Made by a program: the position numbers and the translations under genes. A stretch of DNA of 54,378 bases, the filler included, from Porpidia crustulata (lineage: Eukaryota): assembly GCA_964255105.1 (NCBI GenBank). It is 5 parts of 5 records of this genome, joined end to end, with 100 filler letters (N's around TTAATTAATTAA, not from the genome) between each part and the next. Parts side by side here need not be neighbours in the genome. Positions count along the whole stretch, not along the records: positions 1 to 10,806 come from CAXUWE010000725.1; positions 10,907 to 21,708 come from CAXUWE010000726.1; 3 more parts are not named here. One strand, written 5' to 3'. This document shows, one piece after another, positions 1-11,813 of the stretch; position 1 is the first letter of the stretch; each line of letters opens with the position of its first letter. The notes under the pieces are model-generated. The model was given only the letters and a program-made list of their open reading frames with translations. It searched no databases and was not told the DNA's origin.

Positions 1-2
1 CC

Positions 3-431
3 CTCGATCGAGCTTTCATCCTCCCGTTGCCTCCACTTCTCACACAAGATCCCCCTATTCCTTTATCGTCCTCTCGAAAGTCCTCCGATAACCTATCGAA
101 TCCCGATACCGATTCCCAATCCTACAAAGACATTGAGGTTCCTATTCTACCAGCGCTATCTCTTCTTCTTCCCGCTTTTAGACCGACGCGGAAGCCGATT
201 ATTGTGCAAAGAGTGGACGGATATGAAAGGAGGAGGGTGTGGAGGTGTGGGCGATGTGGTGTTGGTGTGGGGTACGAAATTGAAGGATCCCTGGACGCGA
301 GGGAGACATCGAAGGGCGGAATCAAGGGCAGCGGCATAAAAGATGTACAAAAATCTGAGGGGAGAGTTTTGTATCTGCTCGATGGTGGTTTGGTTGAGAC
401 GGCGGAGATGGAAATTGCTAGGGTTGAATGA
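3..431 (+). CDS. 3' part of a STEEP1/CXorf56 (UPF0428)-like protein, truncated at the window start
   Basis: The frame is open from base 3 (LDRAFILPLP). It contains RKPIIVQRVDGYERRRVWRCGRCGVGVGY and LYLLDGGLVET, the pattern I recognise for this family, including a CxxC pair. Confidence 0.65.
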   Translation, partial: LDRAFILPLPPLLTQDPPIPLSSSRKSSDNLSNPDTDSQSYKDIEVPILPALSLLLPAFRPTRKPIIVQRVDGYERRRVWRCGRCGVGVGYEIEGSLDARETSKGGIKGSGIKDVQKSEGRVLYLLDGGLVETAEMEIARVE

Positions 432-1855
432 GGCCTACAGGCTTCAAGCGAGAAACGGTAAATTTGGAACGACGTTGGGTATCACAAGATCGGACGTGGT
501 CATCGGCTACAGTATTGGCCTTAGCGATGGCATGGGATTCAGAGACGCCCTCGAACCAGGTACATCATAGGGATCAGACAAAGAGCGAAGGTACCTCACA
601 GTCAGTGATGGTGCACATGGTCATCTACTACCGGATCTATCCAGCTGTGTCAGACCTGAACGTCTGAGTCAATCAAATTATGCCTCCAACAAGGCATGGT
701 TGGCCTGATGGATAGAAGTAACAACGAGTTGGCCTGCTCGCATCGAGCTGCAGCTAAGAAAGCTATCTTTCGAATCCTGCCGATTCACAATATCACGCTG
801 CACGCGGCATCATGCGCGGATTTAGATTGTACGGTGTTCGTAGGTGCTTCGTTCGTCTCCAATGCATATAATGCATCGGGGTCTTCTTACAGAGAACCGG
901 GAAAAAGTCCTCTGGTAGAGGCTGAAAGCCTGTTTAGCATCAATTGTGTCCATGTGCTGACAGTTGACCCGGTTGTAGAGCTGCTTGAAATACAGCAGAT
1001 ACTAGTGTGCTAAACTAAATGCGCGTACATTGTAATTCTCGCAAACGTGCCACAGGAACATCATAGTGGTTCCTCTATGGCATGCCCTGATCGCTGTCTG
1101 CCAATCTCGAGTGCCTCTAAACTCGCAGAACCTTGAATGGTGTTAGTTAGGGCTGTTTAGTCGTCGACAATGAACAAGCTTCCTTACCGTTTCCCACTTC
1201 CAACATATGCCACTGATGCTGTCCTTGATGGCGTCTGCATCTCTCAGAGCCAGTGAACCAGAGCCGTTGCGTTTCTGGGTCTCTGCCTTGTAGTTCTGTG
1301 GCGTGAGCTCCGGCATTCTGGATCCCCGTCTCTCTCTCTATCATGACGCACCGCGAGGTCCTGAAGCGCCTGAGGAGCTGTCACAGGGACGGTGCCTCTT
1401 CGAGGACAGCTTCGAGGAAGATTGCGATTTTAGATGAATTGAGGGGGAGTGCCCATTCAAGTAGGCGCGAGAGTCCAAGGCTGCCGACGCGGCCATGGGC
1501 CGTGGCGACCAGTTTTGATGACCGACCAAGAGCAGAAAACGAGTTGAATCTTAAAGGGTCTGATGGCACGTGATTGACCGGTCTGGGCCTTAGCGTAGTG
1601 TACTATACAATTATGATATTATCGACTTTCTGCAGGGGTACTCTAGGATGACGCTTAACGTAAGGTATTTGTAGGGTCCAACGATATCATCACTCCGCCG
1701 CAAAGTATTTGTGAGCATTTTGGTTCATGTACGGCAAATCGCCACTTTGCACTCTTCTCTCCTCACGAAGAGCTCGAGTCATCCTGGCACAATCGAGGCA
1801 AGAGTAAGACAATCTACAGCCAAAAACCCCATCGTTTATCTCCTGTCTGCCGTTC

Positions 1856-4800
1856 ATGAGCATGGTGTATACCCATACCCTGCCATGGAGAACGGCACTC
1901 CACAATAGCCAAATTAGAACCCTCACATTACGTTGGACACGAAGAAGAACGCTCTCATCGCTTTCGTCGCACCATATTTCAGCTCTCCGTCCTCCCATAC
2001 GATCTCTTCGAGCCGCGAACCCTGCACGATACACCACACCAATCACTTACTCCTTCTCCTCTTCGCCCGCGAGACGGAAAGATTATGAACCGGATGACAT
2101 TCCGGAACCAATCCCTGTCACAGAAAAGAATAGCACAGGTCCTGAAGATAAGGAGAAAATCGAACAGCAGGGGGATAAATTGGGAGATTCCTTCGAAGGG
2201 AAAAAAGCCCCTGATAGCCCAACGACTTCTAGCTCTACAAGTGGGAACAATGCAAGAGGTAGTAGTGGTGCAGGTGGTGGTCCGGAATCCGGCTCTGGAT
2301 CTGGAGATGGAGGCAGAAGGGGCGGCCGCAAAACGTCTGCGGAGCGGGCAATACAGAAGCCGTCTGTTCCTGAAGTTTACCCTCAAGTCATGGCAATACC
2401 GATAGCGAAGCGGCCATTATTCCCAGGATTCTACAAGGCTGTAACGATTCGCGACCCTAATGTGGCTGCTGCCATTCAAGAAATGATGAAGCGTGGTCAA
2501 CCATACGTGGGAGCTTTCCTCTTCAAGGATGAAAATTCGGACAAGGATATTATAGAAAGTATAGACGAAGTGCATGATGTCGGAGTCTTTGCACAGATTA
2601 CGAGTTCTTTTCCTGTGAATGGCGAAGAGGGTGGCCTAACCGCTGTACTCTATCCACATAGAAGAATCAAGATGTCTAAATTAATACCGCCAAATCAAAC
2701 TAAAATAAATACCGCGACCGAGGTGTCATCTGCACCAACAGTTGTCGAGGTTAAGCCCCTCGATGGGCAATCGGGTCAACCGAGCTCGTCTGAGAAGCCA
2801 GGAGATGTTGTCGCAAGCTTTGAAGAATCAAATAGTCCTCAAACTCTAAAAGATGTCCAACCATACGAGCCGACTTCGTTCCTCCGCAATTACGCGGTTA
2901 GCCTTGTTGATGTTGATAATCTAGCCGAGGAGCAGCATGACAAGAAAAGTCCTGTGCTCAAAGCTGTCACCAGCGAGCTCGTCAATGTATTCAAGGACAT
3001 TGCCAACCTTAATCACCTGTTCCGCGACCAGATCTCGACCTTTTCTGTAAGCCAGTCGGCTGGAAACGTTTTAGATGAGCCCGGGAAACTGGCCGACTTC
3101 GCTGCGGCGGTATCGCAAGGTGAGATCAAGGAGCTTCAAGAGGTGCTAGAGACCATGAACGTGGAAGAGCGGCTGACCAAGGCTTTGATGGTACTCAAGA
3201 AGGAGTTGATGAACGCGCAGTTACAGGCCAAAATCTCAAAAGATGTAGAGAACAAGATACAGAAGCGGCAGCGGGAATACTGGCTTATGGAACAGATGAA
3301 GGGCATCCGCCGGGAACTGGGCATCGAATCAGACGGCAAAGATAAGATGGTGGAGAAATTTAAAGAGAAGGCCGATAAGCTTGCGATGCCAGAAGCTGTG
3401 AAGAAAGTTTTTGAAGAGGAGCTGAACAAATTGGCTCATCTGGAGCCTGCCGCATCAGAATTCAATGTGACAAGGAACTATCTTGATTGGCTTACGCAGA
3501 TTCCTTGGGGCCAACAAAGTGCGGAAAACTTTGGCATTAAAAATGCCATGACTGTATTGAATGAGGACCATCATGGACTGAAAGATGTCAAAGACCGCAT
3601 ACTGGAGTTTATTGCAGTTGGAAAATTGAGAGGAACTGTCGAAGGCAAGATACTATGCTTTGTTGGACCTCCGGGTGTTGGCAAAACTAGTATAGGGAAA
3701 TCCATCGCCCGTGCGCTCAATCGGCAGTACTACAGATTCAGTGTGGGAGGTTTAACAGACGTTGCCGAGATCAAGGGCCACAGGCGAACCTATGTAGGAG
3801 CACTACCAGGCCGAATCATTCAAGCACTCAAAAAATGTCAAACCGAAAACCCTTTGATCTTAATTGATGAGGTAGACAAAATCGGACGAGGCCATCAAGG
3901 CGACCCTTCGTCTGCACTACTTGAGCTGTTGGATCCCGAACAAAACAATTCCTTCCTCGATCATTATATGGATGTTCCTGTTGATCTTTCGAAAGTACTT
4001 TTTGTTTGCACTGCCAATATGACCGACACCATTCCGAGACCGCTTTTGGACAGAATGGAATTGATCGAGCTGTCTGGCTATGTGGCAGACGAAAAGATGG
4101 CGATTGCGGAGAAGTTCCTGGCTCCGACAGCGAAGGAACTCAGTGGTCTGAAAGACGTGGACGTGACGCTCAACAAGGAAGCAATCGAGGAGCTTATCAA
4201 ATCGTATTGCCGTGAGAGTGGCGTGCGGAATTTGAAAAAGCAGATCGAGAAGGTCTATCGGAAGTCAGCCTTGAATATCATTCAAGATCTTGGCGAAGAA
4301 GTGTTTGCAGAGGACAAGGCTTTGACCGAGGAGGGGAAACTAGCCCAAGAAGAGTCGAAAAAGGATGAGACTGATGTCAGAGAGACCCCGGAAGCAATCG
4401 AGAAGGCGACGACCGAGACGCCAAGGAGGGCCTTGAAGGTACCGGACAACGTCCATGTGAACATTGGCCGTGGCAATCTCAAAGACTACGTTGGACCTCC
4501 TGTGTTCACTTCAGACCGACTGTACGAGACAACGCCTCCTGGTGTGGCGATGGGTCTTGCGTGGACTAGCATGGGTGGCGCAGCGCTCTACGTCGAGTCA
4601 ATTCTGGAAAACGCCCTCAACCATTCATCGCGACCGGGCTTGGAGCGTACAGGGAACTTGAAGAACGTAATGAAGGAATCTACCGTCATTGCGTACTCCT
4701 TCGCCAAATCGGTGATGGCAAAATTGTTCCCAGAGAACAAATTCTTTGAAAAAGCCAAGGTACATCTTCACTGCCCAGAGGGGGCTGTCCAGAAGGATGG

Positions 4801-5285
4801 TAGGTCACTAAGTTTAAGGTATCCTTCAATCGCGTGCTAATAGTCCACAGGCCCATCTGCAGGTATCACAATGGCTAGTTCTCTGTTATCATTAGCGTTG
4901 GACAAACCGCTGGATCCCACCATTGCCATGACTGGTGAACTGACGGTTACCGGCAAGGTTCTCCGCATTGGTGGTTTACGAGAGAAGACCGTGGCCGCAC
5001 GGAGGGCTGGCGCAAAGACCATTATCTTTCCGGCAGACAACATGTCGGACTGGTTAGAGTTGCCCGAGGTAGGCTGTATTCTACGCTTCATTGTAATCAA
5101 TACTAATACCGTCGTTCCAGAATATCAAGGAAGGCATTGAAGGACATGCCGCAAGCTGGTACTCTGATGTCTTCGAATTAGTTTTTCCGAACATGGACTT
5201 GAAACAAGCAAACAAAATATGGAAAGCCCAATTGGCAAAGCCGAGTGAGGGAAGCCAGAAAACAGAGAGCGATGGCGATGATTAA
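1856..5285 (+). CDS. PIM1: Mitochondrial Lon protease; exons 1856-4799, 4851-5068, 5121-5285
   Basis: Arg/Ser-rich presequence, Lon N-domain ([10 protein letters not shown]), Walker [10 protein letters not shown], Walker B ILIDEVD, and [15 protein letters not shown]. The catalytic KDG|PSAG is rebuilt across intron 4800-4850 (GTAGGT..GCTAAT..CAG). The catalytic Lys lies in IGGLREKT. Second intron is 5069-5120; stop TAA at 5283-5285. Confidence 0.97.
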
Positions 5286-7390
5286 TTGAGAGGGTTGAGA
5301 GCCAAAAAGCCACCAGCATTGTCATTGGAAGTGTTTCGCTTTTTGCACATGGGTGGGTTCGTCCAGCATCGCATGGCGTTGGGTGCGCAGATATTGAATG
5401 GATGAGATATAGATCTAGTATCTACGAGGTCCAGAGACCTCTCTATATAGATCTAGACTACAAAGAAGATAAAGGATCAATACTAAACGTATTGATCTCT
5501 GGATCCGATGCGTATTGACCTCCGGATCCGGTGAGGTGTGAAGAGCCTCTTTGTCAATAGCAGATGGTCATTTGCATTGGGCTCGGACCTGTGGATAGGG
5601 TCTGGGGCTGGAGTTGGGTACTGGAGGTACATAGAAGCTCACTCCACTCCAACGATTCACAGCACTGCCGGCGTTTATAATCTTTGTCTCACATTATAAT
5701 CAATTGTAAAGAATAGTAGCGAATGGAAAATGCTCCGACCGATTATTCAGTGACAACGCTACGTCCACCTCATCCTACCTGAGCGGAAGCTGACGGCACG
5801 AGTACGCGTCCGTTTCGGCAGGTACAACAGAGTGTAATACTTAGCATTAGGGCTCCCTTAATTGTCCCGGTGGGTAAGCCGACAGCAGTATAAGAAGCGC
5901 TGTGAACCGTGGCAGTGGAAGTCCCGGAAACGCTGTCCGCTTATAATCTCCAGTAGATGTGGTTTTCGTGCCCCCGATGATCCGTTTCGTACAACAGCAA
6001 AGCACCATGGATAGAGCAACCCTGCTGCTATTCCTCCATGCATTGTCATCCCAGATCTCGCCCGGGTTCCCGCAACGGCAGCTCGAAACATTCTTCCTTG
6101 GCGTCCAAAACATAGTTCAAACATGTTTGTGCACGATGATGAGGAACGCGAAGTACCTACCTCACACGGACAGAGATGCAAGACGCCCAAGGTGTGATAA
6201 AACAAGGCATGCTAATCGAGCGGGCCGCCAGTAAGAGAAGCACATGGAGGGCGTAGTTGATCCCTAGCGACACGAGCCGTCGACGACAACAGTTGAATGT
6301 CCACAAAGGGTCAAGTATCGGAAAACAGACCAAGGCCGGGACGAATGGGAAAGGGCAACTAGTCCACCATCACACGATTCAACGGTGCCACGTAGAATGG
6401 GAGACTCGCAAAGGTCAAAAAAGTAAACAACGCCAAAACTAATGCAATGCATGCTGCGGGAACGTACTGACGTGGGAAAACATCGAAAAGAAGAAACTAG
6501 AACGGTGCCCAAAGTCCCTAACAATTGAAAGCATTCAGTGATTCTTGCCTTGTCTCGTTCCCCAATGAAGTATTGGAGTACAATGTGGTGCACTGCAGCA
6601 CGCCGTTCCTGGCAATCGTATGAAATCATTGATATTTTGGAAAGTGACGATCACAGCTAGACAGTTGTTTTGCCTCGAAGTATTCAGAACGCCCGAGGCA
6701 TTCGATAATTTTGTGGGTGAGTGGCATGTGCGTAGGTACAAGCTGTACAAATTGAATGCAACGTTCTGAGCGGGACGAATGGCTACTCTTATGAGATTTG
6801 GTAGCCTTAGCTGAATCATAATGAGGAGTTGTCTATCTATCTGGTCAATTGGATGTACCTATTGGCTCCTGTGATCAATATTCATGCTGACTGGTGCGCC
6901 TTGTTAATGAGTGGTTTAATACCAACCGGAGCTGACTCTGGTTAAGACCTCCTCTAAGCCTCTTAGGGGAGGCATACCTGGACGACTAACCGCCCCTGAC
7001 CGACGACGCTCTCGCTCGGGTAGCCTTGCATATCCTCTGGGCGCAAACACCCGCAATCCTCTTCCTAATGCCTCACCTCTTTTAGGAACCCTAGTGATCA
7101 TTTTCCAGCTCCTTTCACCACCTGACTGGCTGTTCCCTTCCTGCATCATTGCCACACTTCCGTAAGGCATCAAATGGGCAATCACTGTAATCGAATCCAA
7201 CCCCTTCGCTCAGCCTTCATGTCTCACTACATTACATCGCCGTCCGACTACATATCTCAATGACCTTTCGGAATCTGACGACGCAATCTCTGGATACCTG
7301 CATGACGATCCAGAAACCGCCACTCCCATCGATGACTAGTCCCCTGCTGGACACCTTTCCAAGCAACCTCCCACCTCACCGCCAACGCCA

Positions 7391-9742
7391 ATGGCTACCG
7401 TCCCCTCGCAACCGCTACCCATCGAATCAGAGAAGATTGAGCAAAAGCTTCGCATGTGGCATAGGTTCAGCTTCAGCAGGTGGATAGGGCGGGAAGAGCA
7501 AACATCATGTGAAGATCAAAAGCCTGAACCAACGTCACCTAATACATCAAGCATACCTGGCTTTGGGAGAAGGTTGTCAAGAAAGGTGGTACCTGGCTTG
7601 CCTCGTCCAGCTACATTTAGGAGACAGAATTCCGAGCGTCGGGAGAAATTGACGCCTGTACAACCCTCGGTCGATGAACGCAGAGCTGTGTCGGTGGATC
7701 GAAAGAGAGCCTTGAGTGCTCGACCTGTGTCACCACCACCGATACCCATCCCTAAGCTTTCAGCTCCTGAATTACTTGAATACGAGAATGGATGTGCTTC
7801 AATATCAAGAACCGATACGTGCCCCGAACCAAAACCGCCCAATACCGAGGAATCTTCACATGTCGATGAGCCACCGCCTCCGCCTCCACCACCTCCAGAT
7901 CCTCAATCCTCTGCAAACGAGCCAGCGCCATCGGAAGGATCGCTCGAGGACGACGAGATGGACGAAGAGATCAAGGAAGAGCTCGAGAAAAAGTGGATCC
8001 TCAACTTGAGCATGCACTTTCGAGATCACAGCCCGCGCGAAAAGTTCTTCCTCACCTACGCGGAGACACCCCATCGGTGGCGGCGAGTGACAATCTCTTG
8101 CAATTACCGAGACGCCCCGCCTGGCTCACTTGAACGCGATCTACAGAGCTTGCAATATCAGCGAGACAAGAGTGCACGAATATACGAGTCCATTCGCATG
8201 TCGTTGCAAGACATTCAATTCTATGATACTGTCACCAACCTCAAGCTCGAAACCCGGGATGATATGCTACATGTCCATGTTACAGAAGATACCAACGAGA
8301 TCATACCGTACCCGCCCACCAGTGCAGTCAATCATCTTCGCTGCAGACATTACCGAGAAAGTGAGTTGACATTTGACGCTCATATGTCTGGATTTGTGTA
8401 CAAGGTCAATGTTGACGGACATACGTGGATCAAGAAAGAGATACCGGGACCTGACAGTGTCGACGAATTTCTGTACGAAATTAATGCACTGACAGACTTG
8501 GTTGGCTCTAAGAGCGTTATACAATTTCAAGGCCTTGTAGTCAGCGAAGACGGCGAGCTAGTGAAAGGGCTCCTCATCGCTTTCGCCGAACAAGGCGCTC
8601 TCGTTGACATACTCTACTATAATAAAGGTCAGTTGTCGTGGGCGAGAAGGGAACGGTGGGCAAAGCATATTGTACAAGGTCTTTCTGAAATCCACGAAGC
8701 TGGCTTCGTGCAAGGGGATTTTACACTGTCCAACATCGTCATTGATGAGCATGATGAAGCTCAGATCATCGATATTAACCGCCGAGGTTGTCCGGTGGGC
8801 TGGGAGCCACCAGAGATATCGAAACTGGTTGAGAGCAGCCAGAGGATCTCCATGTACATTGGAGTCAAATCTGATCTCTTCCAGCTAGGAATGGTGCTCT
8901 GGGCGCTCGCTGTGGAGGAAGACGAACCGGAGCGTCAGCTGCGACCATTGTCTTTGGCAAATCGTGTGGAAAACATACCACGATATTTCCGCGACCTGGT
9001 GGACATCTGCCTGAGTGAGCGGCCGAGGCAAAGGTTGGCAGCTAAAGACATGTTGCCTTTGTTTCCGCAATTTGCCGACGAAAAATTGAAGCCACTTTCG
9101 ATAGCGCCGGACTACTTCCCAGAGCGATCGCAGAACCGAAATTACACCCCAAATATGGAAGATTACGAATATGATCGGGAGGGCAGTCAAGACTTTCGAT
9201 ATCGAAGTAGGAGCCGTTCTTGCTCCATTCGACCTGAGTCAGTTGACATTCCCTTTGACGGCCCAGGATCATATATCGTCAGCCGGAGAAGCAGTCGTAG
9301 AGGCACTCGAAGAGGCAGGCAACCTGCACCGAACACTTCGCATCTTTCATTTTCAGATCGCTCCAGAGGTGTGTCGGCTGATCATAGTGAATTTGATGAG
9401 CCGAATATAGTACCAGTGTCACCCACAGGCGAGCATAGATGGGAGGAAGTCGATGTGGATGGTACCCCGTATTTGATACAACGAGACTCCTTGGATCTTG
9501 CAGACTTGAAACGACGGACTGGTAGAGTCTCGGCAGGCCCAGAGCGCGATTTTCAGCACATAGATTCCGGGCTTGCGGATATGGACTTGGCAGGTATTGG
9601 GGGGCACGAGACGTTGACGGTGGATCATGAGGATGTGGAAAAAGGCAACAGTACTCCTCGTGGCATGACCGACGAGATGAGGCTTGAAGATCACGACAGA
9701 CATGGAGACACGGCTTATGAGAACATGAATCTCGCTCTCTAG
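7391..9742 (+). CDS. Atypical fungal protein-kinase-like protein (783 aa)
   Basis: Long ORF with a kinase fold: SGFVYKV, WIKKE (beta3 Lys), EFLYEINAL (helix C), IHEAGFVQGDFTLSNIV (catalytic loop), IIDINRRG, WEPPE and KSDLFQLGMVLW. It has a Pro-rich N-terminus and an Arg/Ser-rich tail. Confidence 0.9.
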   Translation: MATVPSQPLPIESEKIEQKLRMWHRFSFSRWIGREEQTSCEDQKPEPTSPNTSSIPGFGRRLSRKVVPGLPRPATFRRQNSERREKLTPVQPSVDERRAVSVDRKRALSARPVSPPPIPIPKLSAPELLEYENGCASISRTDTCPEPKPPNTEESSHVDEPPPPPPPPPDPQSSANEPAPSEGSLEDDEMDEEIKEELEKKWILNLSMHFRDHSPREKFFLTYAETPHRWRRVTISCNYRDAPPGSLERDLQSLQYQRDKSARIYESIRMSLQDIQFYDTVTNLKLETRDDMLHVHVTEDTNEIIPYPPTSAVNHLRCRHYRESELTFDAHMSGFVYKVNVDGHTWIKKEIPGPDSVDEFLYEINALTDLVGSKSVIQFQGLVVSEDGELVKGLLIAFAEQGALVDILYYNKGQLSWARRERWAKHIVQGLSEIHEAGFVQGDFTLSNIVIDEHDEAQIIDINRRGCPVGWEPPEISKLVESSQRISMYIGVKSDLFQLGMVLWALAVEEDEPERQLRPLSLANRVENIPRYFRDLVDICLSERPRQRLAAKDMLPLFPQFADEKLKPLSIAPDYFPERSQNRNYTPNMEDYEYDREGSQDFRYRSRSRSCSIRPESVDIPFDGPGSYIVSRRSSRRGTRRGRQPAPNTSHLSFSDRSRGVSADHSEFDEPNIVPVSPTGEHRWEEVDVDGTPYLIQRDSLDLADLKRRTGRVSAGPERDFQHIDSGLADMDLAGIGGHETLTVDHEDVEKGNSTPRGMTDEMRLEDHDRHGDTAYENMNLAL

Positions 9743-10225
9743 GTTTGCTAGGCGTCGGATTCTGGGACCACCAGACGGATCTGCACAAAACAGGGTGCTG
9801 GGCTCGCAATTGGAGTTGCTACGGCCTCGTTGCGAGGGAATTGTTCTTCGACGTATATCTATCAACATATCCTTTTTAGACCAGCTGACCATAACGATAA
9901 TCTCTCTGTGGATATAGGTCATATTTACATTGTTCGCCAGCTTTCTTATCTCTCTTTGCGATGCCTTTGATGTCTCGATATATTGTACAATATAATTATA
10001 AGGAATCTTGAACGACAACATACGTATTCGAAAGAGTTTGTACGAAAATAACAGTATTACCAGTACGATACTGAATTATGAGATTTATTAGCATTGAGTG
10101 ACCTGGTAGAAGGTTCCCCACCATGTCGTCATACGACAGCCAAAATACTATAACCGAGACTGATACAGCAGCTCTATCATATTCCTTTTCTTTCAGTAGG
10201 CTTCTGAAATCAACGAAAAGTGACC

Positions 10226-10806
10226 ATGAAGACCTTCACAATCGATCCAAGCGAAGACCAAGCACCAACAGGAGATTTGCCAGCTGGGAAAGAAGTCGCT
10301 GCGTCTCTACCCGATGCGAAGGAGACAAAGCTACACCCTAGCAATGCTGGAGGAGAGAATGCGAGCTTATTGTTTGTCGGCACTGCTACCACTATCTTGT
10401 ATAGCTTCCATCTCAGCCTGAACATTATCCTCCGCACTACTCTGACAGCGGGCAAAGAGAATGGGAAGGAATCCGCCTTATGACGGATCCGGTAAGTCTT
10501 GCTCTAACATCAGATGGGTTACTCAAGGACTGATGTTTTGATGAGAACTTTCTACACGCGGGCGACCACGTTCATCTTGGCCCCGGGGTAACAAGACCCT
10601 TCTTCTTTTGCTTAAGCAGATTAATCTCTTACGCTATGCAAATCCAAGGTCACCGGCACCCGAAAAACCAACCCGGCAGTCGACCTCCACGACCTCCCTC
10701 GCATCGATCTCATCTGTCTCTCCCATTACCATGCGTCCGTCTCTCTTCCCGGATCCATCCTCCTTTCTTAGTTTGCCCCCGACCCGCCTGCCAGCCCCCC
10801 TACAAC
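10226..10806 (+). CDS. Metallo-beta-lactamase-fold Zn-dependent hydrolase, 5' part only; exons about 10226-10398, 10458-10491, 10546-10587, 10649-10734
   Basis: The spliced translation ...LLFVGTATTIL-EWEGIRLMTDP-NFLHAGDHVHLGPG-VTGTRKTNPAVDLHDLPRIDLICLSHYH.. gives the MBL TDP motif and the start of HxHxDH. The contig ends before the rest. Confidence 0.85.
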
Positions 10807-10906
10807 NNNNNNNNNNNNNNNNNNNNNNNNNNNNNNNNNNNNNNNNNNNNTTAATTAATTAANNNNNNNNNNNNNNNNNNNNNNNNNNNNNNNNNNNNNN
10901 NNNNNN
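10807..10906. other. Artificial contig spacer N44-TTAATTAATTAA-N44
   Basis: The identical 100-nt block occurs four times, and the 12-mer carries stops in all six frames. Confidence 0.98.
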
Positions 10907-11813
10907 TTTCAATCCGGAGTCTTTCCACCAACCATCCCCCTCCCCACCTCTCCATCTCTCCACCGCTCCATCTCCTTCATCAATCAAATATCACATCTGT
11001 TCGCGCCGCACATGAGTCTCACCATGAGGACTGTTTGCGCTGCGACTAAAAGGCCTGAACGGCAACGATGAGAAACATCAAATTCGACAGGCATAAGGAT
11101 TGAGGGAATTTGATTTGACGTTTTGAAGACGAAGGGCATTATGATGGTGATGCTGAAGTAGATAGTTGCTGTGCGACGTGACATTTCCCTCCTCCAACAA
11201 AGGAAAGAGTTTAGATGATGATCAAGTTCTTCTGCCCTCAAAATATTTAAATGACGTTGAAAAATGTTATCACGGGATTTTCTGGATATTGCCGGCGTCG
11301 TCGTTTTTATCAGTCGCTTGGACGGGTTTGAAGGTGGTGGGTTGTGGATAGTAGGTATGATTCAGGATACCCATATTACGAAGAGTTAGACGTCGGATCC
11401 GTGTGCTTTTTTCGGCAGTATGGACGTCAAGTAGAGTATCTTGTCGGGTTCTGATGATTTCTGCGCGAGAAATTTTCTGTGGTCGCGGCAGTACCGCAGG
11501 CTGTCTATCTTCCTGTAAGAGTCCGTGATTTTCACTGGCAACTATCATTTATTAGGAAGATCGTGCTCCTTTCCTAGATCCTACATGAAAAGACATCCTG
11601 GATCCAACAGTATCTGGTATTCCATGATTTGGAGCTTTTGTAGACGTCGTGAGACTTGGCTCACCCAGGGGCAAGAGACTCTTGTTGCAACAGTAACACA
11701 TCATCTCAAGACCTAAGGATGCAGTGGGCGAGCGTGATCCAGGCAGCAGAAGTGGATTCCAGGGTGACTGGTTGGTCAATCGCTGCATCTGTTCTATACG
11801 GGAAGTCGACGTA

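Noticed and set aside
10851..10862. TTAATTAATTAA recurring every ~10.9 kb as a biological periodic repeat
   Set aside because: It is always centred in exactly 44+44 Ns, so it is a synthetic six-frame-stop linker.
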